DNA from: TPA_inf: Saccharomyces
Lineage: Eukaryota
Length of the DNA: 64,000 nucleotides
Assembly: GCA_000146045.2 (NCBI GenBank)
Contig: BK006948.2
Coordinates: 320,001-384,000 of the forward strand
Direction of reading: 5' to 3'
Below the pieces are notes generated by a model. That model was not told the origin of the DNA. It worked only from the letters and a program-made list of their open reading frames with translations, and made no database searches. Made by a program: the position numbers and the translations under genes. Below are positions 21,278-29,678 of the stretch, piece after piece (position 1 is the stretch's first letter; each line of letters opens with the position of its first letter).

Positions 21278-22414
21278 TCAATCAGCTTCGTCTGGATTGA
21301 CCACTGTTAAAACGTTGTTTTTCCCTCCTGGTCCGCCATTTATGAATGTTCCGTTACTTATTCTCCTTGAGTCGTCGAAAGGGTTAATATCAGTTTGCCC
21401 TTTGGTGTGCTCCTCCTCGAAGCTACCTGAAGAGGGCCCGTGATTAGATGAAAATGAAGAGGCGTATAGTTTATCAGGGTACTCAACTGGTTTTATCGCC
21501 TCTTGGTATTCCTTTTCCATCCTGTCTTGTTCCCGCTTCATATTAATGTGTCTGACAATCAACAAGATACAAAGAGCAATGGCTACGGCTCCCACTACAC
21601 CACCTACAACGCCGCCTACAATTGCCCCTACATTGGCTTTCTTTTTATGAGTTTTACTTCCACTCGTAGAGTCAGATCCAGCTGTACCTGTGGCCGATCC
21701 TGAATTCTGTGCACTTGCCGTGATGGTGTTCGTGACAAAAATTGTGGAACCGCCCTCAGTGTGAAAAGTAGTGGAATAGATTATCGAAGTGGCGTCCTGT
21801 GATTGAGAGCTAGTACTGCTCGTTGCCAAAGTATCCGAAGTTAGCGAGCTTTCTGACGTTACAGTGCTCGAACTCTGTGACGTTGAAATAGAGGCAGCTG
21901 CTTGAGTTGACTCGGGGGAATTCTGTACTGTAGAGGAAGACGCCATTGATGATGTAGTTGATGATGTAGTCGATGATGTAGTTGATGTTGTGGAGGACGT
22001 TGTTGAAGAAGTTGTGGAAGACGACGCAGAAGTAGACTCCGTACTTGAATCTGAGCTGCTTATGCTATTGCTATTTGTGTCAGAGTCAAGTTGGTACACA
22101 GAATAGGCATCTTCACCACCACACATCTCACTGCTGTAACCAAAGCAATACGTATTACATGAAGAGGAAGTAGATTCCGAACCAGATGGATTAGTATCAC
22201 CACAATAACATTCTGAATGATTATAAAGGGCAAAGTAGCTTGCACCTTTTGCGCTACACTCACTGTTACAGTGTGAACTCGACTGCCAGTTATATGAATC
22301 GGCCTTTGAAAAGTCAGAGGGTAGTGAGCTAAAACAATTCACGTATTCATAGGCGTTCGCTTGCGATAAAATGGATAATAACGCCAGAAGCAGACTTGTT
22401 TTGTTCGGTCTCAT
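21278..22414 (-). CDS. SLG1: Cell-wall integrity sensor (WSC domain, Ser/Thr-rich stalk, single TM), 378 aa
   Basis: ATG at 22412-22414 (minus strand). Signal peptide, Cys-rich WSC domain, long S/T stretch and a TM segment (VGAIVGGVVGGVVGAVAIALCILLIV). 378 aa matches Slg1/Wsc1. Confidence 0.9.
   Translation of the reverse strand: MRPNKTSLLLALLSILSQANAYEYVNCFSSLPSDFSKADSYNWQSSSHCNSECSAKGASYFALYNHSECYCGDTNPSGSESTSSSCNTYCFGYSSEMCGGEDAYSVYQLDSDTNSNSISSSDSSTESTSASSSTTSSTTSSTTSTTSSTTSSTTSSMASSSTVQNSPESTQAAASISTSQSSSTVTSESSLTSDTLATSSTSSQSQDATSIIYSTTFHTEGGSTIFVTNTITASAQNSGSATGTAGSDSTSGSKTHKKKANVGAIVGGVVGGVVGAVAIALCILLIVRHINMKREQDRMEKEYQEAIKPVEYPDKLYASSFSSNHGPSSGSFEEEHTKGQTDINPFDDSRRISNGTFINGGPGGKNNVLTVVNPDEAD
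21945..22030. repeat. 12-bp coding tandem repeat (gatgatgtagtt-like, about 6 units) encoding the (SSTT)n stalk of SLG1
   Basis: Read directly: gatgatgtagttgatgatgtagtcgatgatgtagttgatgttgtggaggacgttgttgaagaagttgtggaagacgacgc. Confidence 0.7.
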
Positions 22415-23592
22415 TATTTAAATAGAATTTTTTATCCTGAGTACTAAATCAGCCAACGTACTATCCTGAATAAATGTGATGCAGATTCCTTTTTCTCCTC
22501 TTGGTTATCTCTCTTTTTCTCTCTCCTTATTAAAAAATTTACGGACAACGAGGAGCTTCTTTCTTGTTTACCTTGATTACCCTTTAAGCAATAACAATAT
22601 CAATACGAGATTTTCTGTAATGTTAGTGCCTGGTCGAGTTTACTGTATCGTCCAAGAAAACTACACTGCGTTAAATTCTTCCAAATGAGGCTATGATACG
22701 CCAAACACTTTTATTTTTCCCCTCCGTTTCTCTCGCTTTCGCTTCGAAAATTACATTATTTTCTTCCCCATGCAGCGTTATTTCCATCTTCAGAGAGGAA
22801 AGGCGGAGAAAATTTTTCTTGAGGAAGGAATTCTACGAAAGTAGTCAACTATATTACTAATCGTTTGACATAGAATGCCAAAGTTGCAGCTTTTCCACTA
22901 ACGTCAAATTTGCGTAACAAGCGCTGCTGTGTAAACTGTCTTGCTTTTTAATAGGACTGACAAAAATTATAAGCGGAGAGATAATATTTAATACTGCCAT
23001 TGACCTTAGTACCGGTACAGGACAATATGTTTGTATCCTTGGTGTCATAAAGAAGAGAAAAACAAGATAAGATCTCCACATTATTTTGCAGAAGGCGACT
23101 TTGGGGGCCGATGATATCTGCTTCCAGAAGTATGTAAAAAAATTACACACCATTAAGTTCTTATGTAAACCGAAGTCTGGAAGAGAGGTGGTGGAATTTC
23201 CAGTCTGCTACTAGGCAAAAAACTTGAAACACTTTCATATATGATGTTGTTTTGCCGAGCTATTACAAGACGATTTATCATAAACTACTTGCTTGAGCAG
23301 GAACGATTTCACAATCTGTTTAGCAGGTTGTTATGAAGTAGACACGATAAAGTTCTTGAAGAAAGATTGTGGATGGGTTTGCTGAAGCTTAGAACTAAGA
23401 AAAGAAACAAGCACGCGCAAGAAAACCGCTACGGCTAACTTCTAAGGTGAGGATATTGTGATTGTTTATGCCTCATATTTTGCGTTTTTATATGTTCTTC
23501 CTTCATACGGCGTGCAAATTATCCGCCGGCGAACAGGGTGCTATTCTAAAAGGAACTTTGAAACTGTAAACGCGGTGTACTGAAGGGGTCAT

Positions 23593-23600
23593 CTGAACGA
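23593..23600 (-). promoter_or_regulatory. Perfect AR1 anaerobic response element (TCGTTCAG, minus strand) overlapping an ATTGTTCG Rox1-like core, about 735 bp upstream of TIR4
   Basis: The plus strand reads atctgaacgaacaatatt; the minus strand reads AATATTGTTCGTTCAGAT. The AR1 consensus is TCGTTYAG (DAN/TIR promoters). Rox1 binds ATTGTT. Confidence 0.5.
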
Positions 23601-24101
23601 ACAATATTTTATGCTTTTGTTAGCCAAACGGTACTGATAAGGGACTGTGAAAAAAAAAAGACAATGTATGGGGTTCACGGTTTCCCAGATTCGTGTGTGT
23701 GTAATAATTCGTTTACGGCGCACGACAGACACTTCAGGAAATTTAAAGATCAGAATAGGCATACACTCCGCGCAAGGAAAACAAAAGTTGCTACCGTAAC
23801 CGGCTCGTACGGGGAAAGCAAGGTCATCTAGTGCTCACTTACGAACTGGCATAATCGAGTTGTGACTTCCAAACTTAACCGTACTCTCACAGCTGATGTG
23901 ATCCGAAGAAAACCCTGAAGATACAACAATGGCAACCAAAGGCAACTTAAAAAGGCAAACGAAGTACTTTTCAACAATAGCTTACACTGAAACTCGCGGA
24001 GAGGCGACGCTGCGCGCGAATTATCAGTAAAAATCTCGTAACAACCCATCTGCCACTTTTAGAAGGAATGGAAATTCTCAAAAAATGACGGAAAATAATA
24101 G

Positions 24102-24109
24102 AACAGGGT
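24102..24109 (-). promoter_or_regulatory. Perfect AR1 anaerobic response element (TCGTTTAG, minus strand), about 225 bp upstream of the TIR4 ATG
   Basis: The plus strand reads cctaaacgatgc; the reverse complement is gcaTCGTTTAGg. Confidence 0.5.
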
Positions 24110-24206
24110 TCCTAAACGATGCATTTCTAACAAGTAGGATAGTCCAAAAGGGAGGATGCAAATTCTTTGTTTTCCACGCAGTAAGATATGATCCCAAGCT
24201 TTCGAA

Positions 24207-24214
24207 TATAAAAA
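24207..24214 (+). promoter_or_regulatory. TATA box (TATAAAAA), about 120 bp upstream of the TIR4 ATG
   Basis: Read directly: cgaatataaaaaggg. Confidence 0.5.
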
Positions 24215-24334
24215 GGGAAGGATCGCTAGGACAGATCAGTTTTTAGCCCGTTTACTTATCTCGTTCCCTACTCTTGTTCTGATAGAAACCAGCAACAAAA
24301 ACCTATTCACTCGCTTATTAATACCATAAAAAAT

Positions 24335-25798
24335 ATGGCTTACTCTAAAATCACATTACTAGCCGCTCTTGCTGCTATTGCTTACGCTCAAACCCAAGCA
24401 CAAATCAACGAATTGAACGTTGTTTTAGATGATGTTAAGACCAACATTGCCGACTACATCACCCTATCCTACACTCCAAATTCAGGTTTTTCCTTGGACC
24501 AAATGCCAGCTGGTATTATGGATATTGCTGCGCAATTGGTTGCAAATCCAAGTGATGACTCCTACACCACTTTGTACTCTGAAGTGGACTTTTCTGCTGT
24601 TGAGCATATGTTGACTATGGTCCCATGGTACTCTTCTAGACTGCTTCCAGAATTAGAAGCAATGGATGCTTCTCTAACTACCTCAAGTTCTGCTGCCACA
24701 TCTTCAAGTGAAGTTGCTAGCTCTTCTATTGCTTCATCCACTAGCTCTTCTGTTGCACCATCCTCAAGTGAAGTTGTCAGCTCTTCCGTTGCACCATCCT
24801 CAAGTGAAGTTGTCAGCTCTTCCGTTGCACCATCCTCAAGTGAAGTTGTCAGCTCTTCCGTTGCTTCATCCTCAAGTGAAGTTGCCAGCTCCTCTGTTGC
24901 GCCATCCTCAAGTGAAGTTGTCAGCTCTTCCGTTGCTTCATCCTCAAGTGAAGTTGCCAGCTCCTCTGTTGCGCCATCCTCAAGTGAAGTTGTCAGCTCT
25001 TCCGTTGCACCATCCTCAAGTGAAGTTGTCAGCTCTTCCGTTGCTTCATCCTCAAGTGAAGTTGCCAGCTCCTCTGTTGCGCCATCCTCAAGTGAAGTTG
25101 TCAGCTCTTCCGTTGCTTCTTCTACAAGCGAAGCTACTAGTTCTTCTGCTGTCACATCTTCCTCCGCTGTTTCCTCTTCGACCGAGTCTGTTAGCTCTTC
25201 CTCTGTCAGTTCTTCCTCAGCCGTTTCCTCTTCTGAAGCTGTCAGTTCCTCTCCAGTTTCCTCAGTTGTTTCATCTTCGGCCGGACCTGCTAGCTCAAGC
25301 GTTGCTCCTTACAACTCAACCATTGCTAGCTCTTCTTCCACTGCCCAGACTTCTATCTCGACCATTGCTCCTTACAACTCCACAACCACCACCACCCCAG
25401 CTAGTTCTGCTTCCAGCGTTATTATCTCAACCAGAAACGGTACCACTGTTACTGAAACTGACAACACTCTTGTCACCAAAGAAACCACTGTCTGTGACTA
25501 CTCTTCAACATCTGCCGTTCCAGCTTCCACCACCGGTTACAACAATTCTACTAAGGTTTCAACCGCTACTATCTGCAGTACATGCAAAGAAGGTACCTCT
25601 ACTGCAACTGACTTCTCTACACTAAAGACTACAGTTACCGTATGTGACTCCGCCTGTCAAGCTAAGAAGTCTGCTACCGTTGTTAGCGTTCAATCTAAAA
25701 CTACCGGTATCGTTGAACAAACCGAAAACGGTGCTGCCAAGGCTGTTATCGGTATGGGTGCCGGTGCTTTAGCTGCTGTTGCCGCCATGCTACTATGA
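24335..25798 (+). CDS. TIR4: Srp1/Tip1-family (seripauperin-like) GPI cell-wall mannoprotein induced under anaerobiosis/cold, 487 aa
   Basis: ATG at 24335. Signal peptide, conserved N-terminal Tip1 domain (...YTTLYSEVDFSAV..MLTMVPWYSSRL..), long Ser-rich repeat region and a GPI-type hydrophobic C-terminus. 487 aa. Confidence 0.85.
   Translation: MAYSKITLLAALAAIAYAQTQAQINELNVVLDDVKTNIADYITLSYTPNSGFSLDQMPAGIMDIAAQLVANPSDDSYTTLYSEVDFSAVEHMLTMVPWYSSRLLPELEAMDASLTTSSSAATSSSEVASSSIASSTSSSVAPSSSEVVSSSVAPSSSEVVSSSVAPSSSEVVSSSVASSSSEVASSSVAPSSSEVVSSSVASSSSEVASSSVAPSSSEVVSSSVAPSSSEVVSSSVASSSSEVASSSVAPSSSEVVSSSVASSTSEATSSSAVTSSSAVSSSTESVSSSSVSSSSAVSSSEAVSSSPVSSVVSSSAGPASSSVAPYNSTIASSSSTAQTSISTIAPYNSTTTTTPASSASSVIISTRNGTTVTETDNTLVTKETTVCDYSSTSAVPASTTGYNNSTKVSTATICSTCKEGTSTATDFSTLKTTVTVCDSACQAKKSATVVSVQSKTTGIVEQTENGAAKAVIGMGAGALAAVAAMLL
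24725..25130. repeat. Coding minisatellite: about 10 near-identical tandem copies of a 36-bp unit (tcctcaagtgaagttgtcagctcttccgttgcacca, encoding PSSSEVVSSSVA) within TIR4
   Basis: Read directly. Units differ only by gca/gct or cca/tca and gtc/gcc substitutions. Confidence 0.9.
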
Positions 25799-26194
25799 TT
25801 TTAGTACGTGTCGAAAATGTTCGTTCCGCTTATGATTATATTATTATTTCAACTTACCAGTTAATGCTTAACTTTTAAACTGTCATATGTACTTCTCTGT
25901 ATTATATAAAAACTGACAACTGGCCTTTTCTATTGTTGATTTCTTTCATCCATCGTTAAATATTTTCAGAATGTGGGCAGGAAGACATGCATGTTTGAAG
26001 GTGCCTATCCTAGCATCATCATAAAAGAAAACGGTAAATCATTTCCGTTTTCAAAACGTACACTACAGCCTCCAGTTGATGAAATCAGTTCTCACAATAA
26101 TTCGAGGTTTAAAAGAAACAGTAAAATTTAAAAAAAACTATTCAATAGATAAATTGGTATATACGAACATTAAAAATTCCATTTAAAAATGAGA

Positions 26195-26950
26195 TTATAA
26201 TAACATGGCGGCAGCGGCCATGACACCAGCACCCATACCGATGACAGCCTTGGCAGCACCGTTTTCAGTTTGTTCGGAAACAGTGCTAGTGGCTTGAACT
26301 TGACCATCACTGATTTGAGAAATGGCGGAGGCTTTGGTGGAAGAAGCAACAGCTGAAGAAACAGCAGAGGAAGAAGCCTTAGTGGAAGAGGCAGCCTTGG
26401 TAGAGGAAGCGACGGTGGAAGAGGTAGCCTCACTGGAAGAAGCGACAGCAGAAGAAGTAGCAGCAGAAGAAGAAGCTTCACTGGAAGAAGCGACGGCAGA
26501 AGAAGTAGCTTCACTGGAGGAAGCGACGGCAGAAGAAGTAGTTTCACTGGAGGAAGCAACAGCGGAAGAAGTAGCAGCAGAAGAAGCTTCAGTAGAAGAG
26601 GCAGCGGTGGTAGAAGTTCCTAACAAGGATTCCAATTCTGGTAGAAGCCTGGAAGAATACCATGGAACCATGGTCAACATCTTGCTAACAGCAGCAAAGT
26701 CAACCTCAGAGTACAAAGTAGTGTAGGAGTCATCAGTGGCGGAAGCCAAAGCTAAACCGATGTCTAAAACACCAGATGGCAGACTGCTTAAGGAAAATCC
26801 AGATGAAGAATCTTCAGCCAAACTAATATATTCTTGCAAGTTGGACTTAACGTCATTCAAAATAACGTTCAATTCGTCAATTTCTTCCTGAGTTTGGGCA
26901 GAAGCCAAAGCAGCGATAGCAGCTAATAAAGCGATCTTGATGTAAGCCAT
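26195..26950 (-). CDS. TIR2: Srp1/Tip1-family GPI cell-wall mannoprotein (anaerobic/cold-shock induced), 251 aa
   Basis: ATG at 26948-26950 (minus strand). The N-terminal domain is paralogous to TIR4 (MAYIKIALLAAIAALASAQTQEEIDELNV...). Ser/Ala-rich repeats and a GPI-like C-terminus. 251 aa. Confidence 0.85.
   Translation of the reverse strand: MAYIKIALLAAIAALASAQTQEEIDELNVILNDVKSNLQEYISLAEDSSSGFSLSSLPSGVLDIGLALASATDDSYTTLYSEVDFAAVSKMLTMVPWYSSRLLPELESLLGTSTTAASSTEASSAATSSAVASSSETTSSAVASSSEATSSAVASSSEASSSAATSSAVASSSEATSSTVASSTKAASSTKASSSAVSSAVASSTKASAISQISDGQVQATSTVSEQTENGAAKAVIGMGAGVMAAAAMLL
26340..26620. repeat. Degenerate 36-bp-type Ser/Ala-rich coding repeats inside TIR2 (SSAVASSSEATS-like units)
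   Basis: Repetitive gaagaagtagc / ggaagaagcgacggcagaagaagtag units on the plus strand. These produce the spurious same-locus antisense ORFs in the track. Confidence 0.6.
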
Positions 26951-27043
26951 TTTTTTGTTATAGTTGAAGCGAGTGTACGAGTGTGTTTTGTATTATTGTG
27001 CTGATAATGGCTAAACTGGAAAAGAAGATGATATGTGAGAGCT

Positions 27044-27055
27044 CTCATTGTTCGA
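27044..27055 (+). promoter_or_regulatory. Rox1-type hypoxic operator match (CTCATTGTTCGA; consensus YYYATTGTTCTC), about 95 bp upstream of the TIR2 ATG
   Basis: Read directly. Additional ATTGT-containing copies lie at about 27640-27690 (ctctattgtgt, gctattgtgtg, ctttgttgttgg). Confidence 0.4.
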
Positions 27056-27129
27056 ATTTCGTTAACTACTTATATATTATTTTCCGTAGTTACGAAAGTT
27101 GAACATTACTTTGTTGTTTTCTTGCTTAC

Positions 27130-27137
27130 TCGTTTAC
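27130..27137 (+). promoter_or_regulatory. AR1-like element TCGTTTAC (one mismatch to TCGTTYAG) in the TIR2 upstream region
   Basis: Read directly: cttactcgtttactcac. Confidence 0.3.
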
Positions 27138-27718
27138 TCACATGATGCTCAGCTATTAAGATAGTTCAGTAGAACATCTTACACTAAACTTTGCACCACA
27201 ATGTTGATGGTTGCTTTGGGAGATCATTACGGAAAAAAAACTCTTGGCTTTCAAGGATTCCCTGCGACCTAACTCTGCACTCCTTCTGCAAGGTACTGTT
27301 TATTTTTTTCGTGTGTCCTTTACGAGGAACGAATAAAGGCTTGAAAGGTAGTTTTAAAGATGAACTTCTTCTTTTCTTTCTTTGCCTATGATTCCTCCAG
27401 GGTTTTCTTGCCTTCTACTTTTGGACAGAAATGTCTTTTTTGGGAAATGTGAGTCTCGTTTGGGAATCTTGGCCGGCCAAGATTTTATAAAGATGTTTCT
27501 GTAGGCAACGCGCTGCTCTAAGCACCGTGGGGAGGCCATGAAATATGATTGCGCGTAGTTCCCCAACGTTACGTTTATTTTTTTCTGGGCATAAAAAAAG
27601 CCAAGACATTCCCCACTGCTTTCCTACAGGCTCTCTATTGTGTATACTTTGCGCTATTGTGTGCTTTGTTGTTGGTCCGAAGATCGCATAAGAGGCACGC
27701 CTCTTATCAATTTCTTTA

Positions 27719-27733
27719 TAGGCGGCTACCGCC
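27719..27733. promoter_or_regulatory. URS1-like element embedded in a perfect palindrome GGCGGCTACCGCC (TAGGCGGCTA is a 9/10 match to the Ume6 URS1 TCGGCGGCTA)
   Basis: Read directly: ttataggcggctaccgccagtgg. The half-sites CGG-N3-CCG also fit a Zn-cluster factor site. Confidence 0.35.
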
Positions 27734-29678
27734 AGTGGAGTAAAATTCACGCCTTTTTTGTCCACTCCTTTTTCCGTAAATATTACATAATTAAATAGTC
27801 ACAGCTCTTACGCACCTGTTTGGCCGCACATGAGAGTTAAACGCAAACTCCGCCGAGGCGTCGTTTTTCTAGCTGCTGCTTCACGTTTTATGGAGTCATA
27901 TTCTGGTCTAAAAAAATTATACTAGGCAGGTAATGGATTGTTTTAAGTTTCTTGTTAACTCACATAGGATCTTTTTTGAGTACCTTGTGAAATGGTTAGA
28001 TTTGATACCTTATTTTTTTCCAACATTACATTATTTTAGTATCGTTCAAGTTCTCCTTTACTTTTAGAGATTACGCCTACATTATGTATGCCGAACTTAG
28101 TAGGAACTATTTGTACGCAAAACATGAATTGTTTGTCGTGTCTGCATACATTAGTGTTGACAGTCAGAGAACTTGATTTTAAAAATAAAAGTTTCTTGTT
28201 TACAAAAAAGTATGGTCACCCGGTGTCTTTGCTATAATGGGAACAGAAAACCATTTGCAAGACTACTAAAATACGATTTTGTAATTTGACGTTACAAATA
28301 TAGGGATAGTTGATAAATAGTTACGCGCAGTTAACTTTTCCTCACCAAAGGACAGTTATTTACCTACTGATTGAAAATGTTTTGGCACAGGATACCAGTT
28401 TTCAAATTTATTAATTAATTAAGGAGAAGTGAGAAATGATTAGAAAGCAATTAAGCGGTGAAGGTCTGCTTTTTATACTTACAAGAACGTATTATTAGCA
28501 GCCAACGCACTACAGTTGTTGACTAAGTTTTGTTTTAATTTGATTCGTAGTTGTTGGTCGAATTTTGTTTTGACTTGTTTTCAGTTTCTTTTTTTTTAAT
28601 GCCTGACGTTGAAGAGCACGCAGGCCTATGAAAAAAAAAAATTATACGAGTTACTTGGAATTCGCTCCCATTGCACCAATTTCAGGAAGCGATCAAAAAG
28701 AAAGCAATGTTATTCAACATAACTTTATTCATACTGTAGTAACAATAACTTCATATCAATTAGGATTCACTGTTCATTGACTTATCACTACAATATGGAG
28801 GAAACGTTGCGTAATCGTTGTCGCTATAGATATTGTCCCTCCCTTCCTCTGTGATAGTTCTTCTTTATATAACTTTCACAAAAGCTTCTGCCCTCATAGT
28901 TGCCCTCAATAAACGAAAGGCCAGATGCATACAGGTGCAGTAGTACATCCAAAGAAACATAGGGGCAAAAACCGTGTTCTAATATTAGACTGCATATATC
29001 CCCTTGTCATTAGCTTAAATCATATAGAGTAATATGTACATACAGGTTATTTTATTTGTAGCTTTCCTCCTCTTTATGGAGCAAAGTAAGCCATACGAAC
29101 GGTTTACAATAGAGAGCGTCGTTTGCTTACGTGATTGTCATGTGCCTTCGTAGGCAAAGGGGATTGCACACCTTTTTACTAAACAATAGAAAAGTGAGAA
29201 TTCTCTTATAGGCACTGCTGCTCCTCGTTTCTTTTTACGCGCTGTCGTTCCAGGTCCTTTTTTCGATTAACTACGGTAGTTTCAAAGAGAGTGCCTGAAG
29301 ATCACTCCATATACAGGCTAGATGAACTGTAAACGAGCTCATCAGCAGCGTCCCTTTCAGTGTCACTACAGCCACAGCAGCTTACCTCCTGTACGATGTG
29401 ACAGAGCAAAACACAAATGTGTGTCCTTTCTACTCTTATTTTCCAACTCGAATATAAAGACGGTGCCTTTGCCTTATTTCTAAGGCACTGAACAGTTCTA
29501 AAAGTAAAGTTTTCCCTAGCCTTAGTACCGTTTCTGTGAAGCAGTTATTGAATAGTTATTGGACATAAAAATCCATATTGAAAAAAAAAAAAACATACTT
29601 GAGAAGGCATTAGCTGAATAGTAAAGACTGCTGTAATTCATCTCTCAGTCCTTGCAGTCTGCTTTTTCTGGAATTAAT

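Noticed and set aside
24562-25625. Long track ORFs antisense to or out of frame within TIR4 (24562-25155 minus, 197 aa; 24708-25625 plus, 305 aa), and similar ones in TIR2 (26170-26559 minus; 26322-26726 plus)
   Set aside because: Their translations are pure low-complexity repeats (TEELATSLED..., HPQVKLSALPL...) generated by the 36-bp Ser-codon minisatellite in alternative frames. They have no start context or independent support, and the genuine TIR4/TIR2 frames explain the region.
27415-27765. 116-aa intergenic ORF between TIR2 and AUS1
   Set aside because: No recognisable domains, atypical codon usage, and it sits inside a promoter region dense with regulatory motifs. Treated as non-coding; if transcribed it is more likely a ncRNA (see finding).
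29652-29678. N-terminal extensions in track ORFs: AUS1 (29652), PET127 (41406), YOR012W (36537), SFM1 (53463), DDL1 (55926), BUB3 (59706), IZH2 (4394), SIN3 (34), CIN5 (63733)
   Set aside because: Checking the nucleotides shows these track 'M' residues are TTG/CTG/GTG codons. Using the first in-frame ATG reproduces the known protein lengths (1394, 800, 137, 213, 715, 341 and 317 aa). The extensions are ORF-caller artefacts, not novel isoforms.
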